NCBI GenBank assembly: GCA_965214775.1
Contig: OZ243974.1
Location: 1,248,001-1,312,000, forward strand
Direction: 5' to 3'
Source: Nitrosopumilus sp.
Lineage (GTDB): Archaea; Thermoproteota; Nitrososphaeria; Nitrososphaerales; Nitrosopumilaceae
DNA length: 64,000 nt
Positions within the stretch are counted from its first letter, which is position 1. The number at the start of each line of letters is the position of its first letter. This document shows, one piece after another, positions 9,601 to 19,014 of the stretch. Below the pieces are notes generated by a model that had not been told where the DNA came from, made no database searches, and saw nothing but the letters and a program-made list of their open reading frames with translations. The position numbers and the translations under genes are program-made.

Positions 9601-10758
9601 ATGTTGACTCACAAAAGCCCGCAAATCTCAATAATTGTCCCAACATACAACGAATCCCAGAATATCTTGAAAATTTTAAAGTCCATTAAGGAAAATATTC
9701 CAAAAGAGATCTCTGCCCAAACAATTGTTGTAGACGACAATTCGCCTGATGGGACCGGAAAAATTGTCGAGGACTATATCTTTGGCATTAAAAAAATTGC
9801 CGAAAACACAATCGATGTAATCCATAGAAAAACAAAAAACGGGCTGTCCGCTGCAACTCTAAACGGAATTCAAAGCGCAAAGGGCGAGACAATCGTCGTA
9901 ATGGACTCTGATTTTTCACATCCTCCACAGATTATACCCAAGATGATTGATGCTTTCAAGCGATACCAATGTGATATTGTAGTGGCCTCGCGATACATGA
10001 CTGGCGGAAACATACGTGGATGGACTGCCAAGAGAAAATTAACGAGCAAAGTCGGAACAATGATTGCAAAAAGGGGACTAGGCGTCAAGATAAATGATCC
10101 AATGTCTGGATTTTTTGCATTTAAAAAAAACGTCATTAACGGATTAAATCTTGACACGTTCGGCTCCAAGCTTCTGCTGGAAATTCTTGTCAAAACCAAG
10201 GATATCAACATTAAAGAAATCCCATATACTTTTGAAGACAGAAAGTTTGGTTCAAGCAAATTCGACATCTCGACTGTCATTGATTACCTGAAATCAATTT
10301 GGAAACTGTACAAAAACGATAAAAAAGAATCATCAAATGAAAAACGAAAATCAGTGCATTTTCTCTCAAAAGCTGCCAAATTTTTTACCGTGGGCGCATC
10401 TGGCGTTGGCGTAAATTACCTGGTTTCGATGATTTTTACTTCTGGACTGACCGACTTTTGGTATGTTCACGCAAATATTTTTGGCATAGTCGCATCAATC
10501 TCGACAAATTTCATCCTAAACAAGGTCTGGACTTTTGAGGACAGGGACTTTTCACGAAAGAGGCTGCTTGAGCAATACGGAAAATTCTCCCTGTTCAGCT
10601 CCCTGGGGGCAATAGTCCAAGTCGGAACCGTTTACTGGTTGGTCGATTCCTACAATACGGAATATTCGATTGCACTGCTGTCTGCAATCAGCATAGCTGC
10701 CTTTGGAAACTTCCTCTTAAACAAGAGGCTAACATTCAAAGAAAGATTTTGGGGTTAA
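9601..10758 (+). CDS. Dolichol-phosphate mannosyltransferase (GT2) with GtrA domain
   Basis: VPTYNE, VDDNSPDGT, MDSDFSH and DPMSGFF motifs, plus C-terminal GtrA-like TM segments. Confidence 0.9.
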   Translation: MLTHKSPQISIIVPTYNESQNILKILKSIKENIPKEISAQTIVVDDNSPDGTGKIVEDYIFGIKKIAENTIDVIHRKTKNGLSAATLNGIQSAKGETIVVMDSDFSHPPQIIPKMIDAFKRYQCDIVVASRYMTGGNIRGWTAKRKLTSKVGTMIAKRGLGVKINDPMSGFFAFKKNVINGLNLDTFGSKLLLEILVKTKDINIKEIPYTFEDRKFGSSKFDISTVIDYLKSIWKLYKNDKKESSNEKRKSVHFLSKAAKFFTVGASGVGVNYLVSMIFTSGLTDFWYVHANIFGIVASISTNFILNKVWTFEDRDFSRKRLLEQYGKFSLFSSLGAIVQVGTVYWLVDSYNTEYSIALLSAISIAAFGNFLLNKRLTFKERFWG

Positions 10759-10867
10759 CAATAACCGTTTCATGAAATGAACTTTCCCAAATTTGGGAAT
10801 CGCAACCCTTTGCATCCTTTAAAACAAAACAAAACAAAAAGAATGAACTGTTCGTCCCTTCTACCTA

Positions 10868-11521
10868 CTACTCGAAGGTGGAAGTAGTAGAGGTCTGGGA
10901 CGAAAGTCCGGTTGAAGATGGTACAGACGGGAATTTGTCCCCAATCTGCTGCTCAGCTACTGCAGACGCCTCTTGCAGAATCTTTTCTGTCTCTTCATTT
11001 GAAACATCAGACTCCATGCTAAACGAGTCTCCTGCAAGTGAATCCATCATGAGCCCATTAAGTGTCTGAGTCATGGCATTCAGTTCCGAATCTGCCTCTG
11101 GCATGAACCTTCCTAGCGATGACTTTAATCCCTTCATCGTAGACATTGCCGGCCCGATTGCTACCATTGCATCTCCTAGATCATGGATGGTTGTCAGCCT
11201 CAATTGGACTTGTTCTAATGACATCCTTGCATTGCCGAGCATCTTTGTAACTTTACGAATTTCAGCCAGTTCGTTAGACAAAACTCTGCTTGTGCTAGTA
11301 TCATGTTGTTGCATTGCAGCCACGACACGCTGAAAGAGTTGCGCATCTCTTTCGTGCAGCTTGTTTAGCATGGTGTCCATCTTTGAGATCTGGACCTGTA
11401 GTTTGTTTACTGCAGTCTGAATTCGCGGTTTTAACGCACCCTGAGGCTTTACTGCTTCACGGAGTTTGCCAGTTACGCTTTGGGTCTCCTGACGAGCCCA
11501 ATTCTTATCGAAGTTTGGCAT
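10868..11521 (-). CDS. cdvB: ESCRT-III/Snf7-family cell division protein (CdvB paralog)
   Basis: Helical Snf7 pattern (LSNELAEIRK...LEQVQLRLTT) typical of thaumarchaeal CdvB. Confidence 0.85.
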   Translation of the reverse strand: MPNFDKNWARQETQSVTGKLREAVKPQGALKPRIQTAVNKLQVQISKMDTMLNKLHERDAQLFQRVVAAMQQHDTSTSRVLSNELAEIRKVTKMLGNARMSLEQVQLRLTTIHDLGDAMVAIGPAMSTMKGLKSSLGRFMPEADSELNAMTQTLNGLMMDSLAGDSFSMESDVSNEETEKILQEASAVAEQQIGDKFPSVPSSTGLSSQTSTTSTFE

Positions 11522-11625
11522 GGTTGCTACTTTAGAAGTTTAGTCTTAATGGACGGTGTATATTTAGATCGACTTTGAACTAAATTTAGCTAACAAACTA
11601 TATGCCTCTTTAACGTCTAAACCCT

Positions 11626-12420
11626 GTGGCCAAAATTGCTGTCTTTGACTCAGGATTGGGCTCGTTGTCCATTATTAACCCGATAAGAAGACTTTGCAAG
11701 GCCGAGATCATCTACTATGCAGACTCTAAAAACTTCCCATACGGTAAAAAAACCAGGGCCCAGCTTGGCAAGGCCATCAATCTGGCATTAAACAGGCTGG
11801 AGCAGCATTTTCACCCTGATTTGATAGTCATGGCATCAAACACCCCCAGTCTTGTCCTGAACATATCCAAGCCAAACGTCCTTGCTGTAAAGCCGCCCCT
11901 TTTGGAAGCCAAAAAAGTTTCCAAGACAAAAAGCATTGGAATTCTTGCAACAAAGTCAGCCATTCAAAGCAGAGGGGAGACGGAGGAGGGTGGCAGTAGT
12001 AGTGGCGGCAGCCTGTCTCGCTACATTCGCATGTGTAACCTTCCTGACTCGTATCAAATACACAAAATTAACTGTTCTAACCTTGTAAGTCTTGTCGAGA
12101 GCGGAAAATTCCTGACAAATGAAGGTTATTGCAGAAAAATAATCAAAGATGAACTATCTGAAATAATTTCCAAAAAAAACATTGACACTGTAACCTTATC
12201 AAGCACACACCTCCCATTCCTGAAAAAACTACTTCGGCAGGAATTTCCCGATATGGAATTCATCGATCCTGGAGGACAGGTTGCACAGAAAGTATTTGAA
12301 AAAATCAAAGACAGGCAATCAAAAAGAAACTCGTTGAAGATTTTTACGTCTGGAGATCCGGCAGCCTTTCATAACAAGCTGTTAAAACTAAAAATCAGAT
12401 CTACGGTCAGATCATTTTGA
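11626..12420 (+). CDS. murI: Glutamate racemase-family protein
   Basis: VFDSGLG, FPYG, ASNT and LSSTH motifs. Ser replaces the usual catalytic Cys at both positions. Confidence 0.75.
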   Translation: MAKIAVFDSGLGSLSIINPIRRLCKAEIIYYADSKNFPYGKKTRAQLGKAINLALNRLEQHFHPDLIVMASNTPSLVLNISKPNVLAVKPPLLEAKKVSKTKSIGILATKSAIQSRGETEEGGSSSGGSLSRYIRMCNLPDSYQIHKINCSNLVSLVESGKFLTNEGYCRKIIKDELSEIISKKNIDTVTLSSTHLPFLKKLLRQEFPDMEFIDPGGQVAQKVFEKIKDRQSKRNSLKIFTSGDPAAFHNKLLKLKIRSTVRSF

Positions 12421-13176
12421 TCTTGCTTTTCTGTATCCATGGCTGAACTCTTTGTCATACAGCCTTGAATATTCGTATTTTTCGGGATCTATCACATCGC
12501 CAATGATTACAATTGCCGTTCTGGTAATCCCTTCTTCTTGAATTTGCCTTACAATTGTCTGCAATGTCCCCCTTACTATCTTCTGATCCTTCCAGCTTGC
12601 CCTGTACACGACTGCAACCGGCGTAGATTTTTTGTATCCGCCCGCGATAGCCTCTTTGACTAAAACTGAAGCCAAATGCACGCTAAGATAAAAAATCAGG
12701 GTTGCCTTGTGCTTTGCAAGTTCTGAGATTTTTTCACGCCTGGGAACCTTTGTTCGTGACTCTGCCCTTGTAACGATAATTGTCTGTGTCACTCCTGGCA
12801 GGGTGAGCTGAGTCCCCAGTGCGGCAGCCGAGGCCAGAAACGCAGTAATTCCGGGTACGACAGCTGACTTGACTCCCTTTTTTTCCAGACTGTCGATCTG
12901 CTCTTTTATCGCCCCATAGATTGACGGATCACCATCATGCAGCCTGACGACAAGCTTGCTCTTTCTTGCGTTCTTGTACAGCAGATCAAAGATCTCTTCC
13001 CTTACAAGCTTTGCTGCATCATACAGTTTCCCTTTTTTGCACATCTTTAGGACTGGTTCTGGAATTAATGATCCCGAATAAACAACAACATCAGCTTTTT
13101 GGATTAGCTTTTTTGCCTTGATGGTAATTAATTCGGGATCTCCCGGCCCACACCCCACGAAATAAACGTTAGGCAC
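12412..13176 (-). CDS. cbiF: Cobalt-precorrin-4 C11-methyltransferase
   Basis: VGCGPGDPELIT, RLHDGDPSIYGA, QTIIVTR and YSRLYD motifs. Confidence 0.92.
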   Translation of the reverse strand: MPNVYFVGCGPGDPELITIKAKKLIQKADVVVYSGSLIPEPVLKMCKKGKLYDAAKLVREEIFDLLYKNARKSKLVVRLHDGDPSIYGAIKEQIDSLEKKGVKSAVVPGITAFLASAAALGTQLTLPGVTQTIIVTRAESRTKVPRREKISELAKHKATLIFYLSVHLASVLVKEAIAGGYKKSTPVAVVYRASWKDQKIVRGTLQTIVRQIQEEGITRTAIVIIGDVIDPEKYEYSRLYDKEFSHGYRKARSK

Positions 13177-13894
13177 GCCGTTTTACCACCAATATTGAAA
13201 AGTATTTTGTCGTTAATGTGCCGTCATTGACATCCCCAAGCCTTAACTTCCTGATAATCTCGTTTTCAGTTCCCAGATCCTGTCCTATTGCAAAAACAGA
13301 GTCGTCTGGAAAGCCCGATTCTTTTAGAACATCTATGACCTGATCAAAGTATCTCCCGTCTTTTAGGAACACCATTGTTTCAGAGTTCCTTGCAATCTCT
13401 TTTACACCGGACAAGTCATAGCACGAGGGAATGATTGCCACCTTTTCTGCACCTTCTGCAATACTTACTCCGACTTTTGATGCAAATGTGAACATGGACA
13501 CTATTCCCGGGATTACACTGATCTTCATTTCCGGATGGTTTTCCTCCAAGTCCTTGTGCATGTATATCCAGGTACTGTACAGGTACGGATCACCGACTGT
13601 AAGATAGACCACGTTTTTCCCTGACAAAACCCTTTTGGCCATTATATTTGCATTTTTTTTCCACGTCTGCTCTAGAACGTCCCTGTCTTTTGTCATGGGA
13701 AAAATCAATTTTACGATTTCCTGGTTCCTTGATCTGTCAATCAGGGGATCCACCACCGATAGTGCAATGCTTGGCCTGTCTTCTCTTGATGCCGGACACA
13801 TTATAGTGTCTGCATTCTGAATGGCCTTTACAGCTTTGACAGTAAGCAAATCGGGATCTCCGGGCCCTACCCCGATACCAATCAATCCTGGCAT
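13169..13894 (-). CDS. cbiL: Cobalt-precorrin-2 C20-methyltransferase
   Basis: GIGVGPGDPDLLTVKA, FPMTKD and GDPYLYST motifs. Confidence 0.92.
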   Translation of the reverse strand: MPGLIGIGVGPGDPDLLTVKAVKAIQNADTIMCPASREDRPSIALSVVDPLIDRSRNQEIVKLIFPMTKDRDVLEQTWKKNANIMAKRVLSGKNVVYLTVGDPYLYSTWIYMHKDLEENHPEMKISVIPGIVSMFTFASKVGVSIAEGAEKVAIIPSCYDLSGVKEIARNSETMVFLKDGRYFDQVIDVLKESGFPDDSVFAIGQDLGTENEIIRKLRLGDVNDGTLTTKYFSILVVKRRA

Positions 13895-13930
13895 GAATGA
13901 TATCCCGACTTGCCCAATTAAATATCTAGA

Positions 13931-14527
13931 CTAGCGGTTGTTCCTTGTTGCAGAAACTATTGTTACCGGATTTCTTGCAAGCATCATCGTACCCGTGCTT
14001 GTTTTTCTGCTCTTTGAAATAGTTACTTGGGTAACATCCACTGATGCAAATTCGATCTTCTCTAGCACCTTTAGCACCGAATACAACGTTTCAATTAGTA
14101 TTGTTCCGATAACAATTCTGCCGCCCGGCTTGAGCTTGTCTCTGCACAACTCAACAATATCGGCCGTCTCACCGCCTGTTCCGCCTACAAAAATTGCATC
14201 AGCCGGTTCCAGCTCCTTGATCTTCTCTTTTGCATTTCCAAGCACAAGGGACACGTTTGAAAGATTGAACTTTTGGATGTTTTTCTTTGTTATTTTTATT
14301 GCATCCTCATCAAAATCAATTCCGATTACCCTGCCTGTTTGCTCAATTTGTATTGCCGCCTCTACCGTAACTGATCCGCTTCCACATCCGATGTCGTATA
14401 CCGTCTGCCCCGGAAGCAGTCTTGCCTTGCTAATTTGAATTGCTCTTACTTCCTCTTTTGTTATCGGAACTTTTTCTGTCCTCTCAAACATCTCATCAGG
14501 AATGCCCGGCGTTTTAAAACTCCACAT
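13931..14527 (-). CDS. cbiT: Cobalt-precorrin-6B C15-methyltransferase
   Basis: GIPD, ITKEEVR, DIGCGSGSV and ARNPV motifs. Confidence 0.92.
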   Translation of the reverse strand: MWSFKTPGIPDEMFERTEKVPITKEEVRAIQISKARLLPGQTVYDIGCGSGSVTVEAAIQIEQTGRVIGIDFDEDAIKITKKNIQKFNLSNVSLVLGNAKEKIKELEPADAIFVGGTGGETADIVELCRDKLKPGGRIVIGTILIETLYSVLKVLEKIEFASVDVTQVTISKSRKTSTGTMMLARNPVTIVSATRNNR

Positions 14528-14560
14528 ATCGTTACATTCTCCTAGTTATTTTTAAAATAA

Positions 14561-15037
14561 TTATATGTTGATTCCAGCAGACGCACTTCCAGAATGGACT
14601 AGCGTATGGCTTACAATCCATGTAAACAAATACAAAAAGACATAGCTGCCTATTGCCTGTGTGACAATTTTTTTCCTGTCTGATGAGGGCAGCTGCATTT
14701 TCATTCCTTTTGCAATGGCTATCGTAACAACAAAGACAACTATCATAAATCCGATTGATGCCCATCTCCTGTCCTCTCCCTCAATATCTTCAAAGATGAA
14801 CGTTGCAGCAGTACCTGCAATGACAGCTAATGCGACCCTTAGCCAAAATAACTTGTTTAGTTTTTTATCCTTGTCACTTTTTTCGCCATGGCTTATATGG
14901 GGTTCTGGCGGCAATTCTGTTTCGGGCTTTTCGACATCTGGAGCGGCCTCCTCCCCTTCAACCTCCTTTGGGAGCTCTTTCTCAGATTTTTTAGGCTCTG
15001 GTGTTGGTTTTGATCTTCTCTTTTTGAATTTTGCCAA
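14561..15037 (-). CDS. Hypothetical membrane protein (3 TM)
   Basis: Charged N-terminus and three hydrophobic segments, co-oriented with the cbi genes. Confidence 0.7.
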   Translation of the reverse strand: MAKFKKRRSKPTPEPKKSEKELPKEVEGEEAAPDVEKPETELPPEPHISHGEKSDKDKKLNKLFWLRVALAVIAGTAATFIFEDIEGEDRRWASIGFMIVVFVVTIAIAKGMKMQLPSSDRKKIVTQAIGSYVFLYLFTWIVSHTLVHSGSASAGINI

Positions 15038-15140
15038 GTAAATTTCTAGCGTGACTCCACCAAAGCTTGTTTAAAATCTTTGGCAATTTGTTGGCATTTT
15101 TTGTCGCAAGAGTATAATTTTGGAGAAGCGATCCTAATTT

Positions 15141-17081
15141 ATGACACTTGCCGGCATCGAGCTTCGGTATCTTGTTGATACCATAACCGAACAAGCAGGG
15201 GGCTACTATGTCAGCAACATCTATGGAATTACCTGCGATAGCATCCTTTTGAAACTTCATCATACAGAAAAGCCTGATCTGTTCCTTATGGTTTCTACAA
15301 TGGGAGTGTGGTTGACGTCAGTCAAAATTGAACAGATTGAGCCAAACAAGTTGCAAAGACGGCTAAGAAGCGACATTCTCAGACTGAAACTAAAAGAAAT
15401 CAGGCAGATTGGTTCAGAACGAATAGCATATTTTGATTTTGAGGGGTTTGGAAAAAAGTTTGTTCTGGTTGCCGAATTTTTTGGCGATGGAAACATCATT
15501 TTGTGCAATGGGCAAATGAAGGTTCTTGCATTACAGCATTCCGTTGATGTAAGACATAGGAAATTGGGTGTCGGGCTAGAGTACGTTCCACCCCCGCAAA
15601 ACGGATTGGATATTTTTGAGATAAGTGAAAAGAACTTTCATGAATTAAAGCAAACTGACTTGATCGCAGTCAAATGGCTGGGCCGTACGTTGGGACTGCC
15701 AAAAAAATATGCAGAAGGGATTTTCAAAATTGCCAACCTTGATCCAAAGGTTAAGGGAAGCCATTTGACTTTTGACCAAATCAAGATCATCTTTCAAACT
15801 ACCCAGCAAATTGTAACTGATGTTGCTACTGGCAACCATAAACCTGTAATCATAAAATCCGACAAAACCGAGGTTTGTCCGATAACCTTTAACAAATCAG
15901 ACGAATCATGCGTTGAAGTTGACAGCTTCATTGCAGGATTGGACAAAGTTTTTACAGACTCGCTGGTTAGCCGGGGAAAGACAGCCCGATCAGCCGTTCC
16001 AAATAAAAAAATTCAGGAATTAGAGTCGCAACTTTCTGAGCAAGAAAAAGCAGTCAAATTAGTCAAAGAGAGATCTGACTCTATTACAAAAGTAGCAAAT
16101 TCGTTGTTTGAAATGATCTCTGTCGGCATTACGTCAATTCAGGATGCTAGAGCCATTGAAAAACTAGCAAACTTAAATGCGGAATTACTGACTGAAAAAG
16201 GCATTTCTTTTGTTGTAATTGCCGGTGAAAAAATAAAAACTGACTATGAATCATCGTTACAATCAATTGCATCTGCTCTATTTGATGAAGCAAAGCACCA
16301 AGCAAGAGCCATCGATTCGATTGAAGAGATAAAAAATAGAACGCAAAAGAGACTGGAAAAACTACTAGCAAAGACTGAATCTGAAGAAAATTCAATCACT
16401 GTTTCTAGTATTAGGAAAAAAAATTGGTACGAGCGTTATAGGTGGTTTGTTACCACTGACGGATACCTGGCTATTGGCGGACGTGATGCAGCTTCAAATT
16501 CTGCGGTTATAAGAAAGCATCTTGGTAACAGTGACAAAGTTTTCCATGCAGACATTTTTGGCTCCCCGTTCTTTATACTAAAAGACGCAAATGTGTCTTC
16601 CAGCATTTCTATGAACGAAGTCGCACATGCAACTGCTTGTTTTAGCAGAGCCTGGAGGGAAGGACTGTATGGCGTTCGCTCGTATTGGGTCAATCCCGAT
16701 CAGGTAAAAAAGTCGGCACCCAGCGGGGAATTCCTGCCAAAAGGATCCTTTACAATCGAAGGGCAGCGAAATTTCATCAAAGCGCAGGCCTTGAAGCTGG
16801 CAGTGGGAATTTTGCCGCAAGATGATGACTCTTTTGCACTGACATGCGGCCCTGTTGACCCAATCAAAAAAAATTCCGTTCTTTATGCCGTTATTGAGCC
16901 GCATGGGATTGAAATGGCCGAGGCTGCCAAAAAAATTAAAGCTGAATTTTCAAAACTAAACGAGGATGTTGCAAAAAACATCCCTCTTGATGATTTTGTC
17001 AGGGTTTTGCCTGCAGGCAAAAGCCAAATAAGAGAGGTTAGTTACGGGGATCTCCCTCCCTCTCGGATCTCTCTTTTATAA
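15141..17081 (+). CDS. rqcH: NFACT/NEMF-family ribosome quality-control protein
   Basis: EFFGDGNIIL, WYERYRWF, GGRDAASN, FHAD and SAPSGEFLPKGSF motifs. Confidence 0.88.
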   Translation: MTLAGIELRYLVDTITEQAGGYYVSNIYGITCDSILLKLHHTEKPDLFLMVSTMGVWLTSVKIEQIEPNKLQRRLRSDILRLKLKEIRQIGSERIAYFDFEGFGKKFVLVAEFFGDGNIILCNGQMKVLALQHSVDVRHRKLGVGLEYVPPPQNGLDIFEISEKNFHELKQTDLIAVKWLGRTLGLPKKYAEGIFKIANLDPKVKGSHLTFDQIKIIFQTTQQIVTDVATGNHKPVIIKSDKTEVCPITFNKSDESCVEVDSFIAGLDKVFTDSLVSRGKTARSAVPNKKIQELESQLSEQEKAVKLVKERSDSITKVANSLFEMISVGITSIQDARAIEKLANLNAELLTEKGISFVVIAGEKIKTDYESSLQSIASALFDEAKHQARAIDSIEEIKNRTQKRLEKLLAKTESEENSITVSSIRKKNWYERYRWFVTTDGYLAIGGRDAASNSAVIRKHLGNSDKVFHADIFGSPFFILKDANVSSSISMNEVAHATACFSRAWREGLYGVRSYWVNPDQVKKSAPSGEFLPKGSFTIEGQRNFIKAQALKLAVGILPQDDDSFALTCGPVDPIKKNSVLYAVIEPHGIEMAEAAKKIKAEFSKLNEDVAKNIPLDDFVRVLPAGKSQIREVSYGDLPPSRISLL

Positions 17082-18094
17082 TCTCAATTTTTTTGATGCA
17101 CTGCGATGTCGTCCTGCACAAATTCTTTTCCGGAACCTTCCGATCAAATTTTTGAAGCCCTTCTCAAGAATCGATCAAAAGCTTGAGATCCAAGGTGGGC
17201 CCAGCCAACTGGTCATATGCGTAAGAATTTACCCCCTCCCGAAAATACGGCGTGGTAGGCACGGTGTTCAAGGCTCCGGCCAGCAGTGCCGCCTGAGAGG
17301 TGATCCGAAATTAGAAATCGAGCGCCCCGTCCGCAGCCGTCCTGCTGCCGCCACTCATTAGGCCGCAGCAGCGATTCTGGCCGGCACCCTATCGTTGACC
17401 AGTCCGCACACGATACTGTTGGCAAGGTCGTACTTTTTGAGTGGGTTTCGGTACCGGTCGCCCATGATCCTGTATGTTTTGACCCTGCGTATGGTGTTCT
17501 CCACGTACACACGTATCTTTGAGTGCGTGATATTGTACTCTTTTTGCGCATCGGTGAGCTTGCCGCCCGGTTTTTTCTTGATGGAAAGATGATGTCCGTG
17601 CCTGCATCCACTAACTGTGCTCCCTGGTATCCGCGATCCATGTAGTGACGAATCTTGTGCTCTTTTGTTGTTGTTGCGGCGCATCACCATCCCCGCTGCC
17701 GCCGGGACACTTTTTCTCCTTCTCCTTCTCCTTTCTTTGGTCGTACCGGAACGTGGGATGCCTCATCTGGTACATCGTGATGTCGTTTACGCGTCCCGGA
17801 GAGTGGGGTGTCTTGTGCACTATGAGTCCGTGGATGTTGGTGGTGTACTGAACCTTGACTGTGTGCCTGCCTGCCTTGCCTGAATAGTGCGATTTCTCCA
17901 TATCCTTTCTCTTGGGCCTGCATATCTTTTGTTCTGAGGCATCTGTCAGGCAGACAAGTTCTGGCAATACGTCCATTAGTTCCTCTACTGAGGATTATTC
18001 TCTTGGTGCCCGAATAGATCTTTTCGGGGATCGACAGGCACCCCTTGAGAACCGGCGCAATCCTGTCTATCGAGCGCGAGACTGATGCCTGCCC

Positions 18095-18187
18095 GTACGA
18101 GGTCACCTACCCCCATCAGTCAGGCACAAATTAGCATGAATGATTGTAATCTTCGTGCCTAGCTAGCAAGGGGACGTGACCACATAC
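18095..18187. mobile_element. MITE family D
   Basis: 9-bp TSD tgcctgccc. Confidence 0.85.
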
Positions 18188-18241
18188 TGCCTGCCCTATT
18201 CCGAACATGGCAGATGCAACATCCTGTGTGACGTACGTCCT

Positions 18242-18351
18242 GTAGTAGAACAGGGACAGCAGAAGACTCTCCTTCAGAAAGTAACATTCTACAGATTCCG
18301 CGACCGCCAAACCAAGTAGTAGAACAGGGACAGCAGAAGACTCTCCTTCAG
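18242..18351. repeat. Repeat-insert-repeat (36+38+36)
   Basis: gtagtagaacagggacagcagaagactctccttcag at 18242-18277 and 18316-18351. Confidence 0.9.
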
Positions 18352-18675
18352 GCTGAGGGCAGTCGGGCGTCCTGCACCGATGATGTCACGCTTGCGGTCT
18401 TTTTTGGCAGAAAGCAGAAAGCCTCTTTCTGTCCATCTTTGGGTGTTTTTTTGCCACCTTTGCATACAACAAATCAAATTCGGGGGCAGTCATGCCGGCA
18501 AACATCTTCTTGAATGTCCCGGGGGTTTTTTGACAATTTATCAAATAACTTCATGAATTATGTACATTTTACTAGCGTTTGGATCGGGTTGGTGTACATT
18601 ATGTGTCTGTTTGATCAAAATTTGCTAATTTCGAATCAACTCTCAGATGACGATGTATGCTCGAATCCATCTACT

Positions 18676-18838
18676 GAGAGACGATTCGAAACTAGAAACC
18701 GTGCAAATGCCCGGATTTTTCTGTATCTTTGTCAAGTAATTTTACAGACAGACAACCTGCCATTTGTGATCATTTCAATCGATTTGATGCAAGTTTGCTT
18801 GTACATGATCTGAATCTGCCAATTTCGAATCAGCCCTC
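18676..18838. mobile_element. MITE family A2
   Basis: Degenerate family-A TIRs. Homologous to the split MITE at 1533/4103. Confidence 0.7.
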
Positions 18839-19014
18839 TGGCAATGCCAGTCATCGCCGGGATGGCTGCAGCGCCGTCCAAGTTCTCTATCACGAGCTTA
18901 TTCGGGTTCTGGCAAATGCCAGTCATCGCCGGGATGGCTGCTTGCAGACGACGGAACCAGGCTGATGCGCACATACGAGTTCTGGCAAATGCCAGTCATC
19001 GCCGGGATGGCTGC
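18838..19014. CRISPR. CRISPR-like mini-array with three 36-bp repeats and two spacers; no cas genes nearby, probably ectopic
   Basis: gttctggcaaatgccagtcatcgccgggatggctgc at 18906-18941 and 18979-19014, degenerate copy at 18838-18869. Spacers of 36 and 37 nt. Spacer 2 equals 7410-7446. Confidence 0.65.

Larger units (their letters stand above)
17296..18643 (-). mobile_element. IS5-family ISL2-like element with an inactivated transposase; likely parent of MITE families A and A2
   Basis: TIRs gagaggtgatccgaaattag and ctaatttcgaatcaactctc. DDE fragments HYSGK, DRGYQG and RVYVENTIRRVK. Frameshifts, a MITE and a 74-bp insertion. Confidence 0.85.

Noticed and set aside
11977-12012. 36-nt insertion as another spacer-like event
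   Set aside because: There is no flanking duplication and the sequence is low complexity.
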